DNA of 38,208 nt, taken from the sequence record NC_003298.1. One strand, 5' to 3'. A model generated the notes under the pieces. That model had not been told where the DNA came from, searched no databases, and saw only the letters and a program-made list of their open reading frames with translations. The position numbers were made by a program, and so were the translations under genes. The stretch comes from Enterobacteria phage T3. Shown piece by piece: positions 28,803 through 38,208 of this stretch. Within the stretch, counting starts at the first letter, position 1; each line of letters starts with the position of its first letter.

Positions 28803-31800
28803 ATGGATAAGTACGATAAGAACGTACCAAGTGATTATGATGGTCTGTTCCAAAAGGAGGCTGATGCCAACGGGGTCTCTTATGACCTTTTACGTAAAGT
28901 CGCTTGGACAGAGTCACGATTTGTACCCACAGCTAAATCTAAGACTGGACCATTAGGCATAATGCAATTCACCAAGGCAACCGCTAATGCCCTTGGTCTG
29001 CGAGTTACAGATGGTCCAGACGACGACCGACTTAACCCTGAGTTAGCTATCAACGCTGCCGCTAAGCACCTTGCAGGTCTGGTAGGTAAATTCGACGGTG
29101 ATGAACTTAAAGCTGCCCTTGCATACAACCAAGGCGAGGGACGCTTGGGTAATCCACAACTTGAGGCATACTCTAAGGGAGACTTCGCGTCCATCTCTGA
29201 GGAAGGACGTAACTATCTGCGTAACCTTCTGGATGTCGCTAAGTCACCGATGGCTGGACAGTTGGAAACTTTTGGAGGTATCACCCCAAAGGGTAAAGGC
29301 ATTCCGGCTGACGTTGGACTAGCTGGAATCGACCACAGTCAGAAAGTAACACAGGAACTTCCTGAGTCCACAAGTTTTGACGTTAAAGGTATCGAACAGG
29401 AGGCTCCGGCGAAACCATTCGCCAAGGACTTTTGGGAGACCCACGGAGAAACACTTGATGAGTACAACAGTCGTTCAACCTTCTTCGGATTCAAAAATGC
29501 TACCGAAGCTGAACTCTCCAACTCAGTCGCTGGGATGGCTTTCCGTGCTGGTCGCCTCGATAATGGTTTTGATGTGTTTAAAGACACCATTACGCCGACT
29601 CGCTGGAACTCTCACATCTGGACTCCAGAAGAGTTAGAGAAGATTCGAACTGAGGTTAAGAACCCTGCGTATATCAACGTGGTAACTGGTGGTTCTCCTG
29701 AGAATCTTGACGACCTCATTAAGTTGGCTAACGAGAACTTTGAGAATGACTCACGCTCTGCCGAAGCTGGACTGGGTGCCAAACTGAGTGCTGGTATTAT
29801 CGGTGCTGGTGTGGACCCACTCAGCTATGTTCCTATGGTCGGTGTGACTGGTAAGAGCTTTAAGTTAATCAATAAGGCTCTTGTAGTTGGTGCCGAAAGT
29901 GCTGCGCTGAACGTTGCATCCGAAGGTCTACGTACCTCCGTAGCTGGTGGTGACGCTGACTACTCAGGGGCTGCTTTAGGTGGCTTTGTGTTTGGTGCTG
30001 GTATGTCCGCAATCAGTGACGCTATCGCTGCTGGACTGAAACGTAGTAAACCCGAAACTGAGTTCGACAATGAGTTCATCGGACCTATGATGCGAATGGA
30101 AGCCCGTGAGACCGCACGCAACGCAAACTCTACGGACCTCTCTCGTATGAACACTGATAACATGAAGTTTGAAGGTGAGCATAACGGAGTACCTTATGAG
30201 GACCTTCCTACTGAGAAGGGCGCTGTGGTACTGCACGATGGCTCCGTTATAAGTGCAAACAACCCAATCAACCCTAAGACCCTCAAAGAGTTCTCTGAGG
30301 TTGACCCTGAGAAGGCTGCGCGAGGAATCAAACTTGCTGGGTTCACCGAGATAGGCTTGAAGACCTTGGGGTCTGACGATGCTGACATCCGCAGAGTGGC
30401 TATCGACCTCGTTCGCTCTCCTACTGGTATGCAGTCTGGTGCCTCAGGGAAGTTCGGTGCAACAGCTTCTGACATCCATGAGAGACTTCACGGTACCGAC
30501 CAGCGTACTTATAATGACTTGTACAAAGCAATGTCTGACGCTATGAAAGACCCTGAGTTCTCTACTGGCGGAGCTAAGATGTCCCGTGAAGAAACTCGCT
30601 ACACTATCTACCGTAGAGCGGCACTGGCTATTGAGCGTCCAGAGTTACAGAAGGCACTCACTCCGTCTGAGAGAATAGTTATGGACACTATTAAGCGTCA
30701 CTTTGACACCAAGCGTGAACTTATGGAGAACCCAGCAATCTTCGGTAATACGAAGTCTGTTAGTATTTTCCCTGAGAGTCGCCACAAAGGGACTTACGTT
30801 CCTCACGTTTACGACCGTCATGCAAAAGCACTGATGATTCAACGCTACGGTGCCGAAGGTTTACAGGAAGGTATTGCTCGTTCGTGGATGAACAGCTACG
30901 TCTCCAGACCTGGGGTCAAGGTCAGAGTCGATGAGATGCTTAAGGAATTACACGGGGTGAAGGAAGTAACACCAGAGATGGTAGAGAAGTACGCTATGGA
31001 TAAGGCTTACGGTATCTCCCACTCAGACCAGTTCACCAACAGTTCCATAATCGAAGAGAACATTGAGGGCTTAGTAGGTATAGAGAACAACTCATTCCTT
31101 GAGGCACGTAACTTGTTTGATTCGGACCTATCCATCACTATGCCAGACGGACAGCAATTCTCAGTGAACGACCTAAGGGACTTCGATATGTTCCGCATCA
31201 TGCCAGCGTATGACCGCCGTATCAATGGTGACATCGCTATCATGGGGTCTACAGGGAAAACCACTAAGGAACTTAAGGATGAGATTTTGGCTCTCAAAGC
31301 GAAAGCTGAGGGAGACGGTAAGAAGACTGGCGAGGTTCATGCTCTAATGGATACCGTTAAGATTCTTACTGGTCGTGCTCGACGTAATCAGGACACTGTG
31401 TGGGAAACCACATTACGTTCCATCAATGACCTAGGGTTCTTCGCTAAGAACGCCTACATGGGTGCTCAGAACATTACGGAGATTGCTGGGATGATTGTCA
31501 CTGGTAACGTGCGTGCTCTCGGTCACGGTATCCCAATTCTGCGTGACACCCTCTACAAGTCTAAACCAGTTTCCGCTAAGGAACTCAAGGAACTCCATGC
31601 GTCTCTGTTCGGAAAGGAGGTGGACCAGTTGATTAGACCTCAACGTGCTGATATAGTGCAGCGTCTAAGGGAAGCAACTGATACAGGGCCTGTTGTGGCG
31701 AACATCGTAGGTACCTTGAAGTATTCCACACAGGAACTGGCTGCTCGCTCTCCGTGGACTAAGCTGCTGAACGGAACCACTAACTACCTTCTGGATGCTG

Positions 31801-32759
31801 CGCGTCAAGGTATGCTTGGGGACGTTATTAGTGCCACCCTAACAGGCAAGACTACCCGCTGGGAGAAAGAAGGCTTCCTTCGTGGTGCCTCCGTAACTCC
31901 TGAGCAGATGGCTGGCATCAAGTCTCTCATCAAGGAACATATGGTACGTGGTGAGGACGGGAAGTTTACAGTTAAGGACAAGCAAGCGTTCTCTATGGAC
32001 CCACGGGCTATGGACTTATGGCGACTGGCTGACAAGGTAGCTGATGAGGCAATGCTGCGTCCGCATAAGGTGTCCTTACAGGATTCCCATGCGTTCGGAG
32101 CATTAGGTAAGATGGTTATGCAGTTTAAGTCTTTCACTATCAAGTCCCTTAACTCTAAGTTCCTGCGAACCTTCTATGATGGATACAAGAACAACCGAGC
32201 GATTGACGCTGCGCTGAGCATTATCACCTCTATGGGTCTCGCTGGTGGTTTCTATGCTATGGCTGCACACGTCAAAGCATACGCTCTGCCTAAGGAGAAA
32301 CGTAAGGAGTACTTGGAGCGTGCACTGGACCCAACCATGATTGCCCACGCTGCGTTATCTCGTAGTTCTCAATTGGGCGCTCCTTTGGCTATGGCTGACC
32401 TAGTTGGCGGTGTCTTAGGGTTCGAATCTTCCAAGATGGCTCGCTCAACGATTCTGCCTAAGGACACCATGAAGGAACGTGACCCAAACAAACCGTACAC
32501 CTCTAGAGAGGTAATGGGAGCTATGGGTTCGAACCTTCTGGAGCAGATGCCTTCCGCTGGCTTTGTGGCTAACGTAGGGGCTACCTTAATGAATGCTGCT
32601 GGTGTGGTTAACTCACCTAACAAAGCAACCGAGCAGGACTTCATGACTGGATTGATGAACTCTACCAAAGAGTTAGTGCCTAACGACCCTCTTACTCAAC
32701 AGCTTGTGGTTAAGATTTATGAGGCGAACGGTGTTAACCTGAGGGAGCGTAAGAAATAA
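28803..32759 (+). CDS. 16: Internal core protein gp16 with N-terminal lytic transglycosylase domain
   Basis: 1318 aa; N-terminal SLT-like motif ...VAWTESRFVPTAKSKTGPLGIMQF... Confidence 0.95.
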   Translation: MDKYDKNVPSDYDGLFQKEADANGVSYDLLRKVAWTESRFVPTAKSKTGPLGIMQFTKATANALGLRVTDGPDDDRLNPELAINAAAKHLAGLVGKFDGDELKAALAYNQGEGRLGNPQLEAYSKGDFASISEEGRNYLRNLLDVAKSPMAGQLETFGGITPKGKGIPADVGLAGIDHSQKVTQELPESTSFDVKGIEQEAPAKPFAKDFWETHGETLDEYNSRSTFFGFKNATEAELSNSVAGMAFRAGRLDNGFDVFKDTITPTRWNSHIWTPEELEKIRTEVKNPAYINVVTGGSPENLDDLIKLANENFENDSRSAEAGLGAKLSAGIIGAGVDPLSYVPMVGVTGKSFKLINKALVVGAESAALNVASEGLRTSVAGGDADYSGAALGGFVFGAGMSAISDAIAAGLKRSKPETEFDNEFIGPMMRMEARETARNANSTDLSRMNTDNMKFEGEHNGVPYEDLPTEKGAVVLHDGSVISANNPINPKTLKEFSEVDPEKAARGIKLAGFTEIGLKTLGSDDADIRRVAIDLVRSPTGMQSGASGKFGATASDIHERLHGTDQRTYNDLYKAMSDAMKDPEFSTGGAKMSREETRYTIYRRAALAIERPELQKALTPSERIVMDTIKRHFDTKRELMENPAIFGNTKSVSIFPESRHKGTYVPHVYDRHAKALMIQRYGAEGLQEGIARSWMNSYVSRPGVKVRVDEMLKELHGVKEVTPEMVEKYAMDKAYGISHSDQFTNSSIIEENIEGLVGIENNSFLEARNLFDSDLSITMPDGQQFSVNDLRDFDMFRIMPAYDRRINGDIAIMGSTGKTTKELKDEILALKAKAEGDGKKTGEVHALMDTVKILTGRARRNQDTVWETTLRSINDLGFFAKNAYMGAQNITEIAGMIVTGNVRALGHGIPILRDTLYKSKPVSAKELKELHASLFGKEVDQLIRPQRADIVQRLREATDTGPVVANIVGTLKYSTQELAARSPWTKLLNGTTNYLLDAARQGMLGDVISATLTGKTTRWEKEGFLRGASVTPEQMAGIKSLIKEHMVRGEDGKFTVKDKQAFSMDPRAMDLWRLADKVADEAMLRPHKVSLQDSHAFGALGKMVMQFKSFTIKSLNSKFLRTFYDGYKNNRAIDAALSIITSMGLAGGFYAMAAHVKAYALPKEKRKEYLERALDPTMIAHAALSRSSQLGAPLAMADLVGGVLGFESSKMARSTILPKDTMKERDPNKPYTSREVMGAMGSNLLEQMPSAGFVANVGATLMNAAGVVNSPNKATEQDFMTGLMNSTKELVPNDPLTQQLVVKIYEANGVNLRERKK

Positions 32760-32779
32760 TACGACTCACTATAGGGAGA
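32757..32779 (+). promoter_or_regulatory. T7-specificity promoter (phi17), exact T7 consensus
   Basis: TAATACGACTCACTATAGGGAGA 23/23; its TAA is the gene 16 stop codon; the only T7-type promoter in the window. Confidence 0.9.
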
Positions 32780-32831
32780 GGCGAAATAATCTTCTCCCTG
32801 TAGTCTCTTAGATTTACTTTAAGGAGGTCAA

Positions 32832-34508
32832 ATGGCTAACGTAATTAAAACCGTTTTGACTTACCAGTTAGATGGCTCCAATCGTGATTTTAATATCCCG
32901 TTTGAGTATCTAGCCCGTAAGTTCGTAGTAGTAACCCTTATTGGCGTAGACCGCAAGGTCCTTACGATTAATGCAGACTACCGTTTTGCTACGCGTACTA
33001 CCATCTCACTTACCAAGGCTTGGGGTCCAGCGGATGGATACACTACCATCGAGTTACGCCGAGTAACCTCCACAACCGACCGATTGGTTGACTTTACGGA
33101 TGGTTCAATCCTCCGTGCGTATGACCTTAACGTCGCTCAGATTCAAACGATGCACGTAGCGGAAGAGGCCCGTGACCTCACTGCTGATACCATAGGTGTC
33201 AATAATGATGGTCATTTGGATGCTCGTGGTCGTCGAATTGTTAACCTAGCGAACGCTGTGGATGACCGCGACGCTGTTCCGTTTGGTCAACTTAAGACCA
33301 TGAACCAGAACTCGTGGCAGGCGCGTAATGAGGCACTACAGTTCCGTAATGAGGCTGAGACTTTCAGAAATCAAACGGAGGTTTTTAAGAATGAGTCCGG
33401 TACTAACGCTACGAACACAAAGCAGTGGCGAGATGAGGCTAATGGGTCCCGAGATGAAGCCGAGCAGTTCAAGAATACGGCTGGTCAATACGCTACATCT
33501 GCTGGGAACTCTGCTACTGCTGCGCATCAATCTGAGGTAAACGCTGAGAACTCCGCTACAGCAGCAGCGAACTCTGCGAATTTGGCAGAACAACACGCAG
33601 ACCGTGCGGAACGTGAAGCAGACAAGCTGGGGAATTTTAATGGACTGGCTGGTGCAATTGACAGGGTGGATGGAACCAATGTGTACTGGAAAGGAGGTAT
33701 CCATGCGAACGGACGCCTTTACCTTACCTCAGATGGTTTCGACTGTGGTCAGTATCAACAGTTCTTTGGTGGTTCTGCTGGTCGTTACTCTGTCATGGAG
33801 TGGGGTGATGAGAACGGATGGCTGATGCATGTTCAACGTAGAGAGTGGACAACAGCGATAGGTGATAACATCCAGCTAGTAGTAAACGGACATATCATCG
33901 CCCAAGGTGGAGACATGACTGGTCCGCTGAAATTGCAGAATGGACATGCCCTTTACTTAGAGTCCGCATCCGACAAGGCGCAATATATTCTATCTAAAGA
34001 TGGTAACAGAAACAACTGGTACATTGGTAGAGGATCAGATAACAACAATGACTGTACCTTCCACTCCTATGTGTATGGTACGAACTTAACACTCAAGCCG
34101 GACTATGCAGTAGTTAACAAACGCTTCCACGTAGGTCAGGCAGTTGTAGCCACTGATGGTAATATTCAAGGTACTAAGTGGGGAGGTAAGTGGCTTGATG
34201 CTTACCTAAACGATACTTACGTTAAGAAGACAATGGCCTGGACTCAAGTATGGGCTGCTGCTAGTGGTAGTTACATGGGAGGAGGTTCTCAGACTGATAC
34301 TCTCCCACAGGACTTGCGATTCCGCAACATATGGATTAAGACCAGAAACAACTATTGGAACTTCTTCCGAACTGGTCCTGACGGTATCTACTTCCTTTCA
34401 GCCGAGGGCGGTTGGCTAAAATTCCAGATACACTCTAATGGCAGGGTATTTAAGAACATAGCGGATAGAGATGCGCCTCCAACAGCAATAGCCGTAGAGG
34501 ACGTGTAA
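32832..34508 (+). CDS. 17: Tail fibre protein
   Basis: 558 aa; TAAGGAGG SD; N-terminal MANVIKTVLTYQLDGSNRDFNIPFEYLARKF... recognised as the T7/T3 gp17 type. Confidence 0.95.
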   Translation: MANVIKTVLTYQLDGSNRDFNIPFEYLARKFVVVTLIGVDRKVLTINADYRFATRTTISLTKAWGPADGYTTIELRRVTSTTDRLVDFTDGSILRAYDLNVAQIQTMHVAEEARDLTADTIGVNNDGHLDARGRRIVNLANAVDDRDAVPFGQLKTMNQNSWQARNEALQFRNEAETFRNQTEVFKNESGTNATNTKQWRDEANGSRDEAEQFKNTAGQYATSAGNSATAAHQSEVNAENSATAAANSANLAEQHADRAEREADKLGNFNGLAGAIDRVDGTNVYWKGGIHANGRLYLTSDGFDCGQYQQFFGGSAGRYSVMEWGDENGWLMHVQRREWTTAIGDNIQLVVNGHIIAQGGDMTGPLKLQNGHALYLESASDKAQYILSKDGNRNNWYIGRGSDNNNDCTFHSYVYGTNLTLKPDYAVVNKRFHVGQAVVATDGNIQGTKWGGKWLDAYLNDTYVKKTMAWTQVWAAASGSYMGGGSQTDTLPQDLRFRNIWIKTRNNYWNFFRTGPDGIYFLSAEGGWLKFQIHSNGRVFKNIADRDAPPTAIAVEDV

Positions 34509-34566
34509 TAAGCATCAAAGGAACTACTTTAAGTCCACGGATGGACTATCACACTAAGGAGGACAC

Positions 34567-34770
34567 ATGTTGTCATTGGATTTTAACAACGAACTAATTA
34601 AAGCGGCACCGATTGTAGGTACAGGTGTTGCAGATGTTAGTGCAAGACTGTTCTTCGGGCTAAGCCTGAATGAATGGTTCTATGTGGCTGCTATCGCCTA
34701 CACAGTGGTTCAGATTGGTGCCAAGGTAGTCGATAAGATTATTGATTGGAAGAAAGCAACTAAGGAGTAA
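34567..34770 (+). CDS. 17.5: Holin (class II)
   Basis: 67-aa ORF, hydrophobic, basic C-terminus; same size as T7 gp17.5. Confidence 0.85.
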   Translation: MLSLDFNNELIKAAPIVGTGVADVSARLFFGLSLNEWFYVAAIAYTVVQIGAKVVDKIIDWKKATKE

Positions 34771-34774
34771 CTCT

Positions 34775-35044
34775 ATGGAAGTCGATAAGAGCCTGATAGC
34801 TTTCTTAGAGATGTTGGATACAGCGATGGCTCAACGTATGCTGGCAGACCTAGCTAACGACGAGAAGCGCACCCCACAACTCTATAACGCTATCAACAAA
34901 CTGTTAGACCGTCACAAGTTCCAAATCGGTAAGTTGCAGCCGGATGTTCACATCTTGGGTGGCCTTGCTGGTGCTCTTGAGGAGTACAAAGAGAAAGTCG
35001 GTGACAACGGTCTTACGGATGACGATATTTATACATTACAGTGA
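34775..35044 (+). CDS. 18: Terminase small subunit
   Basis: 89 aa from the ATG at 34775 preceded by TAAGGAG. Confidence 0.85.
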   Translation: MEVDKSLIAFLEMLDTAMAQRMLADLANDEKRTPQLYNAINKLLDRHKFQIGKLQPDVHILGGLAGALEEYKEKVGDNGLTDDDIYTLQ

Positions 35045-35045
35045 T

Positions 35046-35080
35046 ATGCTCAAGGTCTCCTACGGGTGGCCTTTATGGAT
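35046..35080 (+). promoter_or_regulatory. RNase III-type processing hairpin (R18.5-like)
   Basis: TGCTCAAGGTC ... GTGGCCTTTATGGAT. Confidence 0.7.
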
Positions 35081-35137
35081 GTCATTGTCTACACGAGATG
35101 CTCCTACCGTGAAATCTGAAAGTTAACGGGAGGCATT

Positions 35138-35581
35138 ATGCTAGAATTTTTACGTAAGCTAATCCCTTGGGTTCTCGCTGGGATGCTATTCGGATTGGGA
35201 TGGCATCTAGGGTCAGACTCAATGGACGCTAAATGGAAACAGGAGGTACACAATGAGTACGTTAAGAGAGTTGAGGCTACGGCGAGCACTCAAAGAGCAA
35301 TCAATGAAATATCGGCTAAGTATCAAGAAGACCTTGCCGCGCTGGAAGGGAGCACTGATAGGATTATTTCTGATTTGCGTAGCGACAATAAGCGGCTGCG
35401 CGTCAGAGTCAAACCTACCGGAACCTCCGAAGGTCAGTGTGGATTCGAGCCTGATGATCGAGCCGAACTTGACGACCGAGATGCTAAACGTATTCTCTCA
35501 GTGACCCAGAAGGGTGACGCATGGATTCGTGCGTTACAGGATACTATTCGTGAACTGCAACGTAAGCAGGAAATCAAGTAA
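35138..35581 (+). CDS. 18.5: Inner-membrane spanin (Rz-like)
   Basis: 147 aa, N-terminal transmembrane segment, coiled-coil body. Confidence 0.85.
   Translation: MLEFLRKLIPWVLAGMLFGLGWHLGSDSMDAKWKQEVHNEYVKRVEATASTQRAINEISAKYQEDLAALEGSTDRIISDLRSDNKRLRVRVKPTGTSEGQCGFEPDDRAELDDRDAKRILSVTQKGDAWIRALQDTIRELQRKQEIK
35253..35504 (+). CDS. 18.7: Outer-membrane lipoprotein spanin (Rz1-like), nested in gene 18.5 in another frame
   Basis: 83-aa ORF with its own AGGAGG SD (35241-35246); lipobox ...ATISGC... Confidence 0.8.
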   Translation: MSTLRELRLRRALKEQSMKYRLSIKKTLPRWKGALIGLFLICVATISGCASESNLPEPPKVSVDSSLMIEPNLTTEMLNVFSQ

Positions 35582-35590
35582 GGAGGCAAC

Positions 35591-37351
35591 GTGTCTACTC
35601 AATCCAATCGTAATGCGCTCGTAGTGGCGCAACTGAAAGGAGACTTCGTGGCGTTCCTGTTCGTCTTATGGAAGGCGTTAAATCTTCCGGTGCCAACTAA
35701 GTGCCAAATAGATATGGCTAAGGTGCTGGCGAATGGAGACAACAAGAAGTTCATCCTACAGGCTTTCCGTGGTATCGGTAAGTCGTTCATCACATGTGCG
35801 TTCGTTGTGTGGACGTTATGGCGTGACCCTCAGTTGAAGATACTGATTGTCTCTGCATCCAAAGAACGTGCGGACGCTAACTCCATCTTCATCAAGAACA
35901 TCATTGACCTGCTGCCCTTCTTGGCTGAGCTAAAGCCACGCCCCGGTCAGCGTGACTCTGTGATTAGTTTCGATGTTGGCCCTGCCAAGCCTGACCACTC
36001 TCCGTCTGTGAAGTCGGTGGGTATCACTGGTCAGTTGACTGGTAGCCGTGCTGATATCATCATAGCGGATGACGTTGAGATTCCGTCTAACTCCGCAACT
36101 CAAGGTGCCCGTGAGAAGCTGTGGACTCTGGTGCAGGAATTTGCTGCGCTTCTGAAACCGCTGCCGACCTCTCGCGTTATCTACCTTGGTACGCCTCAAA
36201 CCGAAATGACCTTGTACAAGGAACTCGAAGATAACCGTGGGTACACCACAATCATCTGGCCTGCGCTCTATCCGCGTAGCCGTGAGGAAGACTTGTACTA
36301 TGGTGAACGTCTGGCCCCTATGCTCCGTGAGGAGTTCAACGATGGGTTCGAGATGCTCCAAGGCCAACCAACTGACCCCGTGCGATTCGACATGGAAGAC
36401 CTACGGGAACGTGAGTTGGAATACGGTAAGGCTGGCTTCACTTTACAGTTCATGCTTAACCCGAACCTTAGTGATGCCGAGAAGTACCCCTTACGCCTCC
36501 GTGACGCTATCGTGTGCGGTCTTGACTTCGAGAAAGCCCCAATGCACTACCAGTGGCTTCCGAACCGTCAGAATCGCAATGAGGAGCTGCCTAACGTGGG
36601 CCTTAAGGGTGATGACATTCATAGCTATCATTCGTGCAGCCAGAACACTGGACAGTACCAGCAACGCATCCTCGTGATTGACCCTAGTGGTCGAGGTAAG
36701 GATGAGACAGGTTACGCAGTGTTGTTCACCCTGAATGGCTACATCTATCTGATGGAAGCTGGCGGGTTCCGCGATGGTTATTCCGATAAGACCCTTGAGT
36801 CCCTCGCTAAGAAAGCGAAGCAGTGGAAGGTTCAGACAGTGGTCTTCGAGAGTAACTTCGGGGATGGTATGTTTGGTAAGGTATTCAGCCCTGTGCTCCT
36901 TAAACACCATGCAGCAGCTCTGGAAGAGATTCGTGCTCGTGGTATGAAGGAACTACGCATTTGTGATACGCTGGAGCCTGTACTCTCTACGCACCGCCTT
37001 GTGATTCGTGATGAGGTGATTCGTGAGGACTACCAGACTGCCCGTGACGCTGATGGCAAGCATGACGTTCGCTATTCGCTGTTCTACCAGTTGACCCGTA
37101 TGGCTCGTGAGAAGGGCGCTGTGGCCCATGATGACCGACTTGATGCGTTAGCGTTAGGTGTGGAGTTCTTGCGCTCTACGATGGAACTGGACGCCGTGAA
37201 GGTGGAAGCCGAGGTGCTTGAGGCATTCTTAGAGGAACACATGGAGCACCCAATACATTCGGCTGGTCACGTAGTTACCGCTATGGTTGACGGGATGGAA
37301 CTCTATTGGGAGGATGACGATGTGAATGGCGATAGGTTCATTAACTGGTAG
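35591..37351 (+). CDS. 19: Terminase large subunit
   Basis: 586 aa, GTG start preceded by AGGAGG; same length as T7 gp19. Confidence 0.95.
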   Translation: MSTQSNRNALVVAQLKGDFVAFLFVLWKALNLPVPTKCQIDMAKVLANGDNKKFILQAFRGIGKSFITCAFVVWTLWRDPQLKILIVSASKERADANSIFIKNIIDLLPFLAELKPRPGQRDSVISFDVGPAKPDHSPSVKSVGITGQLTGSRADIIIADDVEIPSNSATQGAREKLWTLVQEFAALLKPLPTSRVIYLGTPQTEMTLYKELEDNRGYTTIIWPALYPRSREEDLYYGERLAPMLREEFNDGFEMLQGQPTDPVRFDMEDLRERELEYGKAGFTLQFMLNPNLSDAEKYPLRLRDAIVCGLDFEKAPMHYQWLPNRQNRNEELPNVGLKGDDIHSYHSCSQNTGQYQQRILVIDPSGRGKDETGYAVLFTLNGYIYLMEAGGFRDGYSDKTLESLAKKAKQWKVQTVVFESNFGDGMFGKVFSPVLLKHHAAALEEIRARGMKELRICDTLEPVLSTHRLVIRDEVIREDYQTARDADGKHDVRYSLFYQLTRMAREKGAVAHDDRLDALALGVEFLRSTMELDAVKVEAEVLEAFLEEHMEHPIHSAGHVVTAMVDGMELYWEDDDVNGDRFINW

Positions 37352-37431
37352 TTATGCATAATGAGTGCATAAGGAATCATTGAGACCACGGATGGTCACT
37401 TTAAGAAACTCCTTAAGAATCAATGAGTTTG

Positions 37432-37454
37432 CATTAACCCTCACTAAAGGGAGA
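37432..37454 (+). promoter_or_regulatory. T3-type promoter, right end (phiOR)
   Basis: CATTAACCCTCACTAAAGGGAGA. Confidence 0.88.
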
Positions 37455-37594
37455 GAGGGGACTTAAAGCTACTATATAGGTTAGTCATTCAGGTTATGCA
37501 ATGACCCTTTATGCACTTTAAGTCTACCTCTGTGATTGGTGATATTATCATTGTATAATCACCCTACCTTAGAGCAACTGAAAGGAGGTGGCTC

Positions 37595-37744
37595 ATGTTA
37601 CGCTTGCTGATTGCCCTGCTGCGTCATAGAGTCACTTGGCGATTTCTTCTGGTACTTACTGCTACCCTTGGGTACGCAGGTCTTAATGACCACCTCGGTC
37701 AACTGGAAGTGGCCTTTTGCTCTATACTCTCTTGTGGGGATTAA
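37595..37744 (+). CDS. 19.5: gp19.5, small hydrophobic protein
   Basis: 49-aa ORF MLRLLIALLRHRVTWRFLLVLTATLGYAGLNDHLGQLEVAFCSILSCGD with AAAGGAGG SD; below the ORF-track cutoff. Confidence 0.7.
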   Translation: MLRLLIALLRHRVTWRFLLVLTATLGYAGLNDHLGQLEVAFCSILSCGD

Positions 37745-37977
37745 ATTATTGTTGATGACCGACAAGCGGCTCTAGGGATTCGTAGGTATAGTTTCACTAC
37801 ACCAACTCATCCCTGTAGAGTCAACCCTAAAGGTTATACCTAAAGATGCCCTGTAGTTCTTAATGGCCTTACAGGGTCTTTAAGTGTCTCCTGTGGTCTC
37901 ACATATGGTGTGGCCTTACCTAAAGTGGTTGCCTAAAGAGACCCTTTAAGAATTTACCACAAAAATCTGAATGGGTA

Positions 37978-38208
37978 TCTCATAGTTCAAGAACCCAAAG
38001 TACCCCCCCCATAGCCCCTCTTAAAGCCACCCAAAGCTGGCCCTACCCCTAGGGTTTAACCTTCGGTTAACCTTGGGTCTTTCCTCAAGTGGCCTATAGG
38101 ATAGCCTAAAGTGATGCCTAAAGTCAATACCTAAAGTGATGGCTGCCTATTGGAGACTTAAAGAGTGTCCTAGTGTACCAGTATGATAGTACATCTCTAT
38201 GTGTCCCT
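37978..38208. repeat. Right direct terminal repeat (231 bp), identical to 1-231
   Basis: Exact copy of 1-231. Confidence 0.95.

Noticed and set aside
36237-36677. 146-aa alternative-frame ORF inside the terminase large subunit gene
   Set aside because: T7 is annotated with small internal ORFs (19.2, 19.3) in this gene, but I cannot match this frame to them and see no SD; left uncalled.

Overview
This window is a complete, linear T7-family podophage genome (Autographiviridae), and I recognise it as coliphage T3 or a near-identical isolate. The evidence is in the sequence: the first 231 bases (1-231) are repeated exactly at 37978-38208 as direct terminal repeats; every credible gene is on the + strand; a single-subunit RNA polymerase (2976-5630) is followed by the canonical T7-group gene order (DNA metabolism, then virion structure, then lysis and packaging). 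Fourteen copies of the T3-type promoter 23-mer (AATTAACCCTCACTAAAGGGAGA family) are present, three sigma70-type early promoters lie upstream of the first gene, and a family of seven conserved RNase III-type hairpins (plus one degenerate copy) punctuates the transcripts. Protein identities are called from the six-frame translations and from memory of T7/T3 proteins; no database search was run. I do not see a convincing previously undescribed system: this is one of the best-studied phages. The signal I would look at first is a single perfect T7-specificity promoter (32757-32779) in front of the tail-fibre gene, in a genome whose polymerase and all other promoters are T3-type. Other points worth a second look are a 15-G homopolymer in the gene 13 leader, a phi4 promoter variant carrying the T7-type base at -10, a T3 promoter nested in an RNase III hairpin, the -1 frameshift site for capsid 10B, an HNH endonuclease gene and the early anti-defence gene set.
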